From Flavobacteriales bacterium (GTDB taxonomy: Bacteria; Bacteroidota; Bacteroidia; Flavobacteriales; Flavobacteriaceae), in assembly GCA_027065715.1 (NCBI GenBank), contig JAMONO010000175.1:1-59628 (forward strand): 59,628 nt of DNA. Reading direction: 5' to 3'. Positions 30,454 to 39,119 of this stretch are shown one piece after another. A program made the translations under genes and the position numbers. The notes beneath the pieces were generated by a model. The model ran no database searches. It was not told the DNA's origin and worked only from the letters and a program-made list of their open reading frames with translations. How positions within the stretch are numbered: the stretch's first letter is position 1; the number at the start of each line of letters is the position of its first letter.

Positions 30454-31368
30454 TTATTTTAAATTCTTTTTTATTTCTTTTATTCGATTTGCAAAATAAC
30501 TACTTTTTTTTGGATATTTCAAACTTAATATCTTAAAAGCTTGTATGGCTTTTTCATATTTGTGTTGCTTTACATACAAATTTGCCAAAGTTTCGGTCAT
30601 CAACATTTGCTTTTCTTCTACACTTTTTTCAACAATAACAGGGGTTTTGAGTTTAATATCTTTTTGCGGAACAATTTTGGGACGTTCTTTTAAAAATTTA
30701 TCAATGGCGTCAAAAATTTCTTTGTTTTTTTGATTTTTGGGTTTATTAAATTGTTTTATCCAGTCAAAATAGTTTAGTTTTTCGGTTTTATTTTGGAATT
30801 CGGGTATTTTTTTTGCTTGTTTTTTTATCCTTTTTTCTTTTGAAGAAGTTTTAACGGACCCGGCAATCGATTTTGTTTTATTTTCTTTTGAAGTCAATTG
30901 TTTAATAACGTTCTCGTTTATCAAAATTTCGGGTGTAGCTTCGTGTATAAAGGTTTCTTCGGTTGATAAGGTATTTGATTCTTTATTTGTTTTAGAATCT
31001 TTTGTTTTTATAACCGGTTCTTGTTGATTGGGAGTTTTTTCCGTAGCAACAAGTTTGTTATGAGATTGGGGTATTCCTTTTGTTTGAGTTGATATTTCGG
31101 TAACGGATACGGTAGAAACTTGTTGTTTATGCCGGTTTGTTTTTTGCAGCCATTCAAACAAAACACTTCGGTCTATACTGCGAACAGCTGTTTGTTGCAG
31201 TGCGTTTTTGTAAAACAAATTATTTTTTTTGAGATAAGCCGTATAAATACCCAAAGCTTGTTGAAAATAAGGATATTCTTTTAACAGATAAGTCAAATAT
31301 TGCGATTGTATCGGGGTTAATTTTTCTCCCGATAATAATTCCGTTATATTTACTTTTTGGTTTACCAT
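30454..31368 (-). CDS. Hypothetical protein with a C-terminal TPR-like motif
   Basis: A 304-aa ORF with a low-complexity K/T/S/Q-rich centre and a C-terminal LANLYVKQHKYEKAIQAFKILSLKYP. Confidence 0.5.
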   Translation of the reverse strand: MVNQKVNITELLSGEKLTPIQSQYLTYLLKEYPYFQQALGIYTAYLKKNNLFYKNALQQTAVRSIDRSVLFEWLQKTNRHKQQVSTVSVTEISTQTKGIPQSHNKLVATEKTPNQQEPVIKTKDSKTNKESNTLSTEETFIHEATPEILINENVIKQLTSKENKTKSIAGSVKTSSKEKRIKKQAKKIPEFQNKTEKLNYFDWIKQFNKPKNQKNKEIFDAIDKFLKERPKIVPQKDIKLKTPVIVEKSVEEKQMLMTETLANLYVKQHKYEKAIQAFKILSLKYPKKSSYFANRIKEIKKNLK

Positions 31369-31865
31369 TTTGCCAGTGTATCGTTAAAAAGATTATCCAA
31401 TATGGTCGATAATATGCTTTGATGAGCTTCGGGAGCTATTTGCATACGATTGGTATTGGCAGGGTAATCGTAATACCACGAATATACCTTATTGAAATTG
31501 TCCGTTTCATTTTTGGTATTGGTATATTCCATTTTTATTTTAACATTCAATCGGTTTTGTCCGGCTTTTTGGCCTGATGTCAAGGCTACGGGTTCTACAT
31601 AATAATCGACTATTTCACCTTGAAAAACAATATCGCCGTTGTTTTTTACTTGTGTAAGAGCGGTTTGTTGTTCGATACGGTCAATGAGCATATTTCGAAA
31701 TTCTTCATTGAGTCCGGGAACCACCAGTGCGGCGTTGTTGGGGATATAATCAACCTGAAAGGTTTTAATTTCTTTGGATACGTTGATACCCGTAAAAGAA
31801 TAATTGACCCGACAGGCTTGAATAAGCCATATTGACAAAATTACTATGTAAATTTTTTTGAACAC
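31362..31865 (-). CDS. lptE: LptE-like LPS-assembly lipoprotein
   Basis: GTG start overlapping the upstream stop codon (TAGTG). It has a lipobox (LIQAC), and its size and position after the sigma54 activator match the Flavobacteriia LptE family. The call is from memory. Confidence 0.55.
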   Translation of the reverse strand: MFKKIYIVILSIWLIQACRVNYSFTGINVSKEIKTFQVDYIPNNAALVVPGLNEEFRNMLIDRIEQQTALTQVKNNGDIVFQGEIVDYYVEPVALTSGQKAGQNRLNVKIKMEYTNTKNETDNFNKVYSWYYDYPANTNRMQIAPEAHQSILSTILDNLFNDTLAKW

Positions 31866-33085
31866 TATTGCAAATTGTATTGTTTGATTTTTCGATATAA
31901 GGTTCTTTCCGAAATTCCCAATTCTTCGGCTGCTTTTTTGCGTCTTCCGTGGTGTTTTTCCAAAGCTTTTATGATTAGTTCTTTTTCTCTGTCTTGCAAA
32001 GATAAAGATTCTGTTTCGGTATGCGGTACTTCAATAATATGATGGTTATCGGAAAAATAATGCGGGTCAGCCGGCAAATCCGACTTGGGATAAATAATTT
32101 CGACCGATTCATGTGTATTTTCTCCTGTATCATGAGCAGGTGCGTGCAAATAAACGGGGGTTTGAGGTTGTTGAATTTGGGTGCGCAATTCGTCTATTTC
32201 TTTTTTGAGGTCAAAAATCAATTTATACAATATTTCACGATCTTTATTATAATCAAAATGTGCCGATTCGGAAGCTATTACCGAAGGTAAACTACGTTGG
32301 TAATCGGGCAAATATTTTTTAAGCGTATAAGCATCTATCATGCGGTGTTCTTCCATTACCGAAATTTGTTCAACCACATTGCGTAATTGTCTGATATTCC
32401 CCGGCCAATCATAACTTTCGAGCACCGAAACGGCATCGGGTGTCAAACGAACGGCTTGTTTGCCGTATTTTTGGGCAAAATCGGAGGCAAATTTACGAAA
32501 CAACAGATGTATGTCGCCCTTACGTTCACGCAAGGGAGGTAAATGAATTTCGACGGTATTTAAACGATAAAACAAATCTTCACGAAACTTACCTTGTTCA
32601 ATCAATTTAACCAAATTTTTGTTGGTTGCCGTTACAATACGCACATCGGTTTTTTGTACTTTGGAGGAACCTACCTTTAAAAATTCACCGTTTTCCAGAA
32701 CCCGCAACAATCTCACTTGTGTTGTAAGCGGCAGTTCGCCTACCTCATCGAGAAAAAGTGTTCCGCCGTCGGCTACTTCAAAATATCCTTTGCGCGTGGT
32801 AGATGCACCGGTAAAAGAACCTTTTTCGTGTCCGAACAATTCACTGTCAATAGTTCCTTCGGGTATGGCACCACAGTTTACGGCAAAATACGGACCGTGT
32901 TTACGATGTGAATTATGATGAATTATTTTGGGAATATTTTCTTTACCCACACCGCTTTCTCCCGAAACCAATACCGTAATATCGGTAGGTGCTACACGCA
33001 GCGCCTTGTCTAAAGCCCTGTTTAATTTGGGATCATTACCAATGATACCGTAGCGTTGCTTGATGCTTTGCAAATGTTCGAACAT
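31865..33085 (-). CDS. Sigma-54-dependent transcriptional activator (AAA+ plus Fis-type HTH) with no N-terminal sensor domain
   Basis: Walker A GESGVGKE, ELFGHEKGSFTGA (GAFTGA variant), Walker B LFLDEVG and a C-terminal HTH (AAEELGISERTLYRKIKQY). Confidence 0.88.
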   Translation of the reverse strand: MFEHLQSIKQRYGIIGNDPKLNRALDKALRVAPTDITVLVSGESGVGKENIPKIIHHNSHRKHGPYFAVNCGAIPEGTIDSELFGHEKGSFTGASTTRKGYFEVADGGTLFLDEVGELPLTTQVRLLRVLENGEFLKVGSSKVQKTDVRIVTATNKNLVKLIEQGKFREDLFYRLNTVEIHLPPLRERKGDIHLLFRKFASDFAQKYGKQAVRLTPDAVSVLESYDWPGNIRQLRNVVEQISVMEEHRMIDAYTLKKYLPDYQRSLPSVIASESAHFDYNKDREILYKLIFDLKKEIDELRTQIQQPQTPVYLHAPAHDTGENTHESVEIIYPKSDLPADPHYFSDNHHIIEVPHTETESLSLQDREKELIIKALEKHHGRRKKAAEELGISERTLYRKIKQYNLQ

Positions 33086-33269
33086 AAAATTATTTTGATG
33101 TTACCTCTTCTTGCAAAGATAATGAAAATATCGGGCGATATGACATTTTGGCAGTTATTTAACAAAAAAACGTTTTATTCAAGGGCAAATTGTAGTTGTT
33201 TAAAACAAAACATATACCGGCTATAAAAAATATTTATGGATACTTAAGCTTTCTCAACAACCTAAGCCT

Positions 33270-33277
33270 TACATTTG
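33270..33277 (+). promoter_or_regulatory. Candidate -7 promoter box for the arsC-family/DMT/yicC gene string
   Basis: TACATTTG lies 17 nt upstream of the ATG at 33294 and matches TAnnTTTG. Confidence 0.3.
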
Positions 33278-33293
33278 CAAAAAAAATAATTTC

Positions 33294-33656
33294 ATGGCTC
33301 GAAAAGTTTATTACTTAAAAACATGTGATACTTCACGACGAATCATAAAAAATTTGGGAGAACTTTTGCAAAATTTTGATTTTCAAGAAATTAAAAAAGA
33401 ACCTCTCACTGCAAAACAATTGGAAGAAATGAAAAATTTGGCGGGAAGTTATGAAGCTTTATTCAGCAAACGTGCCAAAAAATACCGAGCCATGGGTTTA
33501 AAAAACGTAAACATATCCGAGACTGATTACAAGCAATATTTGTTGCAGGAATACACATTTTTAAAACGTCCGGTTATACTTATCGATGACCAAATATTTA
33601 TAGGCAGTTCTTCCAAAAACCTATCGGCACTGCAACAAAAACTACAAAACCTATGA
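33294..33656 (+). CDS. ArsC/Spx-family (YffB-like) redox protein
   Basis: 120 aa with an N-terminal YYLKTCDTSRR (CxxS) and LLQEYTFLKRPV, typical of the ArsC family. Confidence 0.78.
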   Translation: MARKVYYLKTCDTSRRIIKNLGELLQNFDFQEIKKEPLTAKQLEEMKNLAGSYEALFSKRAKKYRAMGLKNVNISETDYKQYLLQEYTFLKRPVILIDDQIFIGSSSKNLSALQQKLQNL

Positions 33657-34546
33657 CGGGCAGACAAAAGGGCTTATTGTTTGCTTTTTGGGCAGCGGTT
33701 ATTTACGGCGTTACTTTTACCGTTGCCAAAGATGTGATGAAAATACACATTCCTTCATTTGCCTTTGTTTTGATGCGAGTGAGCGGTGCCATGTCTGTGT
33801 TTTGGTTATTGTCTTTGTTTTTGCCTGCCGAAAAAATTTCACCTAAAGATTTCGGGCGTTTTTTTGTAGCGGCTTTTTTCGGTATAGCCGTCAATATGAT
33901 GAGTTTTATGAGCGGTTTGTCTTACACAACACCTATTTCGGCATCGGTACTGATGATAACCGCCCCTATCTTTGTCATGATTTTTTCATTTATATTTTTA
34001 AAAAATCCTATCAACAAATATAAAATAGCCGGAGTATTATTGGGTATGACAGGAGCTGTATTTCTTATTTTGTATGGCAAAACGGTTGAGGGACACGGCA
34101 ACAAGCCTCGTTTGGGAAATTTATTGGTTACTCTTAACGCCGTTTCTTATGCCATGTATCTGATTATGGCAAAACCCATTTTGCAAAAATACCACCCTGT
34201 TACATTTGCCAAATGGCTTTATACTTTCGGGTTTCTGCTGATACTTCCTTTCAGTTTTGATGATTTTATTCAAATAAATTGGACACAAGTGCCAATCGAT
34301 GTTCATATAAAAATAATTTTTGTAGTTTTATTTGCTACTGTTTTGACATATTTATTCAATCTGACAGCCCTGCAAAAACTCAAACCGACTACCATGAGTG
34401 TTTTTATCTACTTACAACCGCTTATTGCAAGTATTTTTGCTATATTTGTAGGTGCAGACCATTTGAGCATTGTTAAAATAATTGCAGCAATACTAATTGT
34501 ATCGGGTGTTTATCTGGTTAATATTGCCACCAAAAAAACAATCTAA
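33653..34546 (+). CDS. EamA/DMT-family transporter
   Basis: 297 aa with ten TM segments in two EamA-like halves. The ATGA start/stop overlap with the upstream gene suggests translational coupling. Confidence 0.85.
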   Translation: MTGRQKGLLFAFWAAVIYGVTFTVAKDVMKIHIPSFAFVLMRVSGAMSVFWLLSLFLPAEKISPKDFGRFFVAAFFGIAVNMMSFMSGLSYTTPISASVLMITAPIFVMIFSFIFLKNPINKYKIAGVLLGMTGAVFLILYGKTVEGHGNKPRLGNLLVTLNAVSYAMYLIMAKPILQKYHPVTFAKWLYTFGFLLILPFSFDDFIQINWTQVPIDVHIKIIFVVLFATVLTYLFNLTALQKLKPTTMSVFIYLQPLIASIFAIFVGADHLSIVKIIAAILIVSGVYLVNIATKKTI

Positions 34547-34549
34547 ATT

Positions 34550-35413
34550 ATGATATTATCCATGACAGGTTACGGCAAAGCCGAAAACAATTTTAATAAC
34601 AAAAATATCAGCGTTGAAATAAGAGCGTTGAACAGCAAAAATTCAGATATCAAAATAAGAATACCAAATATCTACAAAGAAAAAGAGCTGACTATACGCA
34701 AACTATTGCAACATTGGCTCAAAAGAGGCAAAATAGACATAACGATAAATGTTGAAGATTTGGCAAATCGTCCGTCCAATCAAATTAATCTACCGGTTTT
34801 AAACGCCTATATGAACCAACTCAAACATGCCTACCCCGATACAGACCCAACCCAACTGCTGGTTGCCACACTACGACTTCCCGACGTATTACAACCCGAA
34901 AAAGAAGAATTGGACGAAACCGAATGGCAAAACTTAAAAAACACTTTACATCAAGCAGCCGAACAATTGACACAATATCGCAAAGATGAAGGAAAATCAC
35001 TCGAAAAAGACCTACGTATGCGTATTGACAACATACGTAAACACTTGCATAAAACCAACGACTTGGACTCAAACCGAATTGAAAAAATAAAACAACGCCT
35101 TTATGACGCCTTACAACAAATTAAACAAGAAGCGGACCCTAATCGTTTTGAACAGGAACTGATATATTATCTCGAAAAATTTGATATTAATGAAGAAAAA
35201 GTTCGATTAAATAATCATTTGAATTATTTTGAAGAACAATTAAATAACTCCGAAGAAACAAAAGGAAAAAAACTTGGTTTTATCGCCCAAGAAATGGGTC
35301 GAGAAATTAATACTATCGGCTCAAAAGCAAACGACAGTCAAATACAAAAAGAAGTGGTCAAAATGAAAGACGAATTGGAAAAAATAAAAGAACAGGTATT
35401 GAATGTATTGTAA
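34550..35413 (+). CDS. yicC: YicC-family stress-induced protein
   Basis: 287 aa starting MILSMTGYGKAE, with SVEIRALNSK and a C-terminal GREINTIGSKAND...KDELEKIKEQVLNV. Confidence 0.85.
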   Translation: MILSMTGYGKAENNFNNKNISVEIRALNSKNSDIKIRIPNIYKEKELTIRKLLQHWLKRGKIDITINVEDLANRPSNQINLPVLNAYMNQLKHAYPDTDPTQLLVATLRLPDVLQPEKEELDETEWQNLKNTLHQAAEQLTQYRKDEGKSLEKDLRMRIDNIRKHLHKTNDLDSNRIEKIKQRLYDALQQIKQEADPNRFEQELIYYLEKFDINEEKVRLNNHLNYFEEQLNNSEETKGKKLGFIAQEMGREINTIGSKANDSQIQKEVVKMKDELEKIKEQVLNVL

Positions 35414-35668
35414 TTGAACGTATTTAATCAAATATAATCCATTGGATATTTGTCCGATTTAATAGTTTGTCAAAGCAAAATAATAACGATAAATAAGAAA
35501 AAAATAAACACAAAAGGATAAAAAACTATTTATAAAACCGTTTAAAGAAACCGACGGAAAAACAAAATTTTCATTTCAAAATATCTTGGACTAAAACATA
35601 AACCAATTTGATATTACACGGCATAGTCCGACCGGTTTAAATATAAATAATTTCATAAAAAAAGAAAT

Positions 35669-36421
35669 ATGGAAAAAGGCAAAGTTTATTTGGAAATCAT
35701 CAATCGCGTAGGATATATTACATTTTATCACCCCGCTAGCAATTCCATGCCCTCCGAATTGTTACAAAAATTGCAAAAAACCATAACCGATGCAGGCAAT
35801 AATCCCGAAATAGGCAGTATGGTTTTGCAAAGTGAAGGTAGAACTTTTTGTGCCGGAGCTTCATTTGACGAATTGATAAGTTTAAAAAACATGTTACAAG
35901 CCATCGATTTTTTTTCGGGGTTTGCCCGTGTTATCAACGCCATGCGTCAAACTCCCAAGTTTATTGTAGCCAAAGTGCAAGGCAAAGCCGTAGGAGGTGG
36001 TGTTGGTTTAATTGCCGCCGCCGATTATGCCGTAGCAACCGACAAAGCAGCAATCAAACTTTCGGAACTCAGTATAGGAATCGGTCCTTATGTGATTGCT
36101 CCTGCGGTTAAAAGAAAAATGGGAATGGCTGCTTTTGCCGAAATGAGCATCAACACAACCGCTTGGCACACAGCTTTTTGGTCACGCGAAAAAGGACTTT
36201 TTGCCAAAGTTACAGACAACTATAAAGAACTAAACAACGAGGTCGAAATTTTGGCTGAAAAATTAGCCGCCTATGACCCGATTGCTACGCAAACACTTAA
36301 AAAAGAAATCTGGAAAGGAACCGAAAACTGGAATGAACTGCTGATAGAAAAAGCAAAAACCTCAGCCCAATTAAGTTTGCGAGAATATACCCGTCTAAAT
36401 TTAATAAAATTTAAAAAATGA
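35669..36421 (+). CDS. Enoyl-CoA hydratase/isomerase (crotonase) family protein
   Basis: Crotonase-fold motifs: FCAGASFDE and KVQGKAVGGGVGLIAAADYAVA. Confidence 0.8.
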   Translation: MEKGKVYLEIINRVGYITFYHPASNSMPSELLQKLQKTITDAGNNPEIGSMVLQSEGRTFCAGASFDELISLKNMLQAIDFFSGFARVINAMRQTPKFIVAKVQGKAVGGGVGLIAAADYAVATDKAAIKLSELSIGIGPYVIAPAVKRKMGMAAFAEMSINTTAWHTAFWSREKGLFAKVTDNYKELNNEVEILAEKLAAYDPIATQTLKKEIWKGTENWNELLIEKAKTSAQLSLREYTRLNLIKFKK

Positions 36422-36481
36422 TTTTAACGGAATAATTTTTGCATGAATTTATAGAAAACTTAAACATATTATTTGATAATT

Positions 36482-37294
36482 ATGAAAAATTTTATACTTA
36501 CTTTCTTATTACTTCTAAGCCTGCAATTAACAGCCCAAAACGATATATTTAGCAAAAGCGGCATCAGTTTAAAATCGGGTAACGATATGGGTTATGCCAT
36601 GCTAAACAAAGTGGCTTTTGATAAAAACAAAGAACAAATTGTCGTCAATGATCAAAATCTTTATTTGTCAAACTACAAAGGAACTCCCATGTTAATGAAA
36701 CAGTGGAGCGAAGGAATTGTATTTTTTAATGACGGCAAAAAAATTGCTTATCCAAATATAAATTACGATGCTCTAAGCGACCATTTTATCATATATTTTA
36801 AAAATTTAGCCAAAGATATCAAAGGAGTGGCATCAACACAACTTCCCATAGCAAGTTTACAAGACCAAAGCGTATTGTATTTACAAATGTTTGACGGCAA
36901 TAAACAACGAAAATTCATCAAACTCAATCCGGTTTTGTTCGTCAGAAAGCCCAAAACCTTGTTTTTTGAATATTTTTCAAACGATTGGCAAAAAGTTTAT
37001 ATCGTCAAAAGCTATTGGAAAAACGTTCAAAAAAATCAAGATGTAAACTCTCCTTTATACAACGAAACAGCTTCGATGAAATTGATGCAACACAGCGCCT
37101 ATTACATAAAAAACAAAGACGGTATTTTTGAAAAAGTCCGGTTAAAGAAAAAAAGCATTTTGAAAACACTAAACGACAAACAAGCCGAAAAAACACTAAT
37201 GGATTTTGCCAAAAGAAACCGTTTGTCTTGGTCTAAACCACAAGACGTACAAAAAATATTGGCTTATTATTTTGAAAACATAACTCGAAAATAA
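36482..37294 (+). CDS. Secreted hypothetical protein
   Basis: The ORF track starts at a TTG at 36473. The ATG at 36482 gives the signal peptide MKNFILTFLLLLSLQLTAQ. I recognise no motif. Confidence 0.55.
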   Translation: MKNFILTFLLLLSLQLTAQNDIFSKSGISLKSGNDMGYAMLNKVAFDKNKEQIVVNDQNLYLSNYKGTPMLMKQWSEGIVFFNDGKKIAYPNINYDALSDHFIIYFKNLAKDIKGVASTQLPIASLQDQSVLYLQMFDGNKQRKFIKLNPVLFVRKPKTLFFEYFSNDWQKVYIVKSYWKNVQKNQDVNSPLYNETASMKLMQHSAYYIKNKDGIFEKVRLKKKSILKTLNDKQAEKTLMDFAKRNRLSWSKPQDVQKILAYYFENITRK

Positions 37295-37323
37295 CAACCA
37301 ATAAAACTTTGTCAAAACAACCG

Positions 37324-38364
37324 TTAAAGTTTAGTTTGCAACGGATTTTCCGAAAGTTCCATATATTCTTTGCGTTTTTTATAAATATCTATCGCTTTAT
37401 ATACGGCTTCTCTAAACGAATCGGGATTGGCTGCACCTTTACCGGCTATTTCATAAGCGGTTCCGTGGTCGGGCGAAGTGCGAATTTTGTTTAAACCGGC
37501 TGTAAAGTTAACGCCTTTGCCAAAACTCAAAGTTTTAAACGGTATTAAACCTTGGTCGTGATACATGGCCAAAACGGCATCAAACTTCTTGTAGTTATCC
37601 GAACCGAAAAAACTATCCGATGCATAAGGTCCAAAAACCAAATAACCTTCTTCTTTTAGTTGCTCAATAGTCGGGCGAACTATTTCGTCATCTTCCTTAC
37701 CGATGATACCGCCGTCTCCACAATGCGGATTTAAACCCAATACGGCAATTTCGGGCTTTTCGATACCGAAATCTTGTATCAAACTCCTTTGCATAATCTC
37801 AATTTTGTCTCTGATTTTTTCGGGTGTAATTTGTGAAGCTACATATTTAATAGGCACATGATCGGTTACTAAACCTATTTTCAAATTGTCGGTTATCATA
37901 AACATCAAAGGTTTTCCATCCAATTCTTGCGCCAAATAATCGGTATGTCCGGCAAAATCAAAGGCATCACTTTGTATGGTCTCTTTATTAAACGGAGCCG
38001 TAACCAACACGTCTATTTCGCCTTTTTTTAGTGCTTCGACCGCTTTAATAAACGAATCAACGGCATATCGTCCTATTTCGGCGGTGGGTTTACCCAAGCT
38101 CATCGGAACGGGTTCTTTCCACAAGTTCAACACGTTGAGTTTGTTGGGAAAAGCATTGTTGATATTGACAATTCCATGTAAATCTATTTTGAGGCTTAAG
38201 ACTTTTTTTTGGTACGAAAGTGCCTTGGTTGAAGCAAAAACAATAGGAGTACACATTTCAAACATCATAGAATTTTGAAAAGTTTTTAGAATAACTTCCG
38301 CCCCTATTCCATTCAAATCACCTACACTGATCCCTACTTTTATTTTATTTTTTTTGTTTTTCAT
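37324..38364 (-). CDS. pdxA: 4-hydroxythreonine-4-phosphate dehydrogenase
   Basis: Motifs GDLNGIG, GHTDYLA, LNPHCGDGG and SPDHGTAYEIAGKG. The start is taken at the ATG at 38364 rather than the TTG at 38373. Confidence 0.92.
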   Translation of the reverse strand: MKNKKNKIKVGISVGDLNGIGAEVILKTFQNSMMFEMCTPIVFASTKALSYQKKVLSLKIDLHGIVNINNAFPNKLNVLNLWKEPVPMSLGKPTAEIGRYAVDSFIKAVEALKKGEIDVLVTAPFNKETIQSDAFDFAGHTDYLAQELDGKPLMFMITDNLKIGLVTDHVPIKYVASQITPEKIRDKIEIMQRSLIQDFGIEKPEIAVLGLNPHCGDGGIIGKEDDEIVRPTIEQLKEEGYLVFGPYASDSFFGSDNYKKFDAVLAMYHDQGLIPFKTLSFGKGVNFTAGLNKIRTSPDHGTAYEIAGKGAANPDSFREAVYKAIDIYKKRKEYMELSENPLQTKL

Positions 38365-38398
38365 ACCGACCAAATTAAATTGTATTTACAAAAATAAG

Positions 38399-38438
38399 AA
38401 AAAAAAAGAGACTTCCCCGCTACCTGCGAAAAAGTCTC
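38399..38438 (-). terminator. dps rho-independent terminator
   Basis: On the minus strand, stem GAGACTT pairs with AAGTCTC (with inner CGC/GCG pairing), followed by T9. Confidence 0.7.
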
Positions 38439-38463
38439 AATGTTTGGAGCTAACTACGAAAGA

Positions 38464-38940
38464 TTATTGTCCCAAAAAGGCATTATACATCCAAACCAAT
38501 TTTTCTTGTTCTCTGATATAATCGCTCATCAAAGCATTGGTTCCTTCATCTCCTATTTCTCCTGACAAATCTAATATTTCACGTTGTTTGGTTATCAAAA
38601 TACGAAAAGCTTCCAAAATTTCTTTTACATCGTTCAATCCGTCTTGCGTTTGTGCACTTTCTTCAATACGAGATATTTTTTCGTATTGCGAAAAACGATA
38701 TTCGGGGGCAAAACCCAAGGTCAATATACGCTCGGCTATATCGTCTATCTTGACAAACAAGTCGTTGTAAAGCTCTTCAAATTTGGCATGCAATTCAAAG
38801 AACTTTTCTCCTTTGATATTCCAATGATAACCTCTTACATTTTGATAAAAAACCGAATAATTGGCCAAAAGGTCGTTTAATTTAACCGCCAAATCTTTCG
38901 AGCTAACGGTATCTAATCCGATATGGTTTATTTTTTTCAT
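38464..38940 (-). CDS. dps: Dps-family DNA-protecting ferritin-like protein
   Basis: 158 aa with YQNVRGYHWNIKGEKFFELHAKFEE and DDIAERI ferroxidase-centre motifs. Confidence 0.9.
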   Translation of the reverse strand: MKKINHIGLDTVSSKDLAVKLNDLLANYSVFYQNVRGYHWNIKGEKFFELHAKFEELYNDLFVKIDDIAERILTLGFAPEYRFSQYEKISRIEESAQTQDGLNDVKEILEAFRILITKQREILDLSGEIGDEGTNALMSDYIREQEKLVWMYNAFLGQ

Positions 38941-39119
38941 AATGATTTTTTTTATGATTATTACAATACAAAAGTAGCCCGAATAACACCATTTTTTTAT
39001 AAGTTTTTATGATATATTTTTATGCCTATATAAATAATATTTATCATAAAAAATGAAATGAAATATTTTTTACACAACTAATTTTTATAAATTGCGGCAC
39101 AAAAAAGCAAACAAACACA

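Noticed and set aside
35414-35668. The longest non-coding gap in the window (255 nt), inspected for a structured ncRNA or riboswitch
   Set aside because: It is uniformly AT-rich with no GC-supported helices or conserved riboswitch cores that I recognise. It is most likely just a promoter region for the enoyl-CoA hydratase gene.
38941-39119. Possible cobalamin or other riboswitch upstream of the TonB-dependent receptor
   Set aside because: The leader is too short and too AT-rich, and I see no B12-box-like or other conserved riboswitch core.
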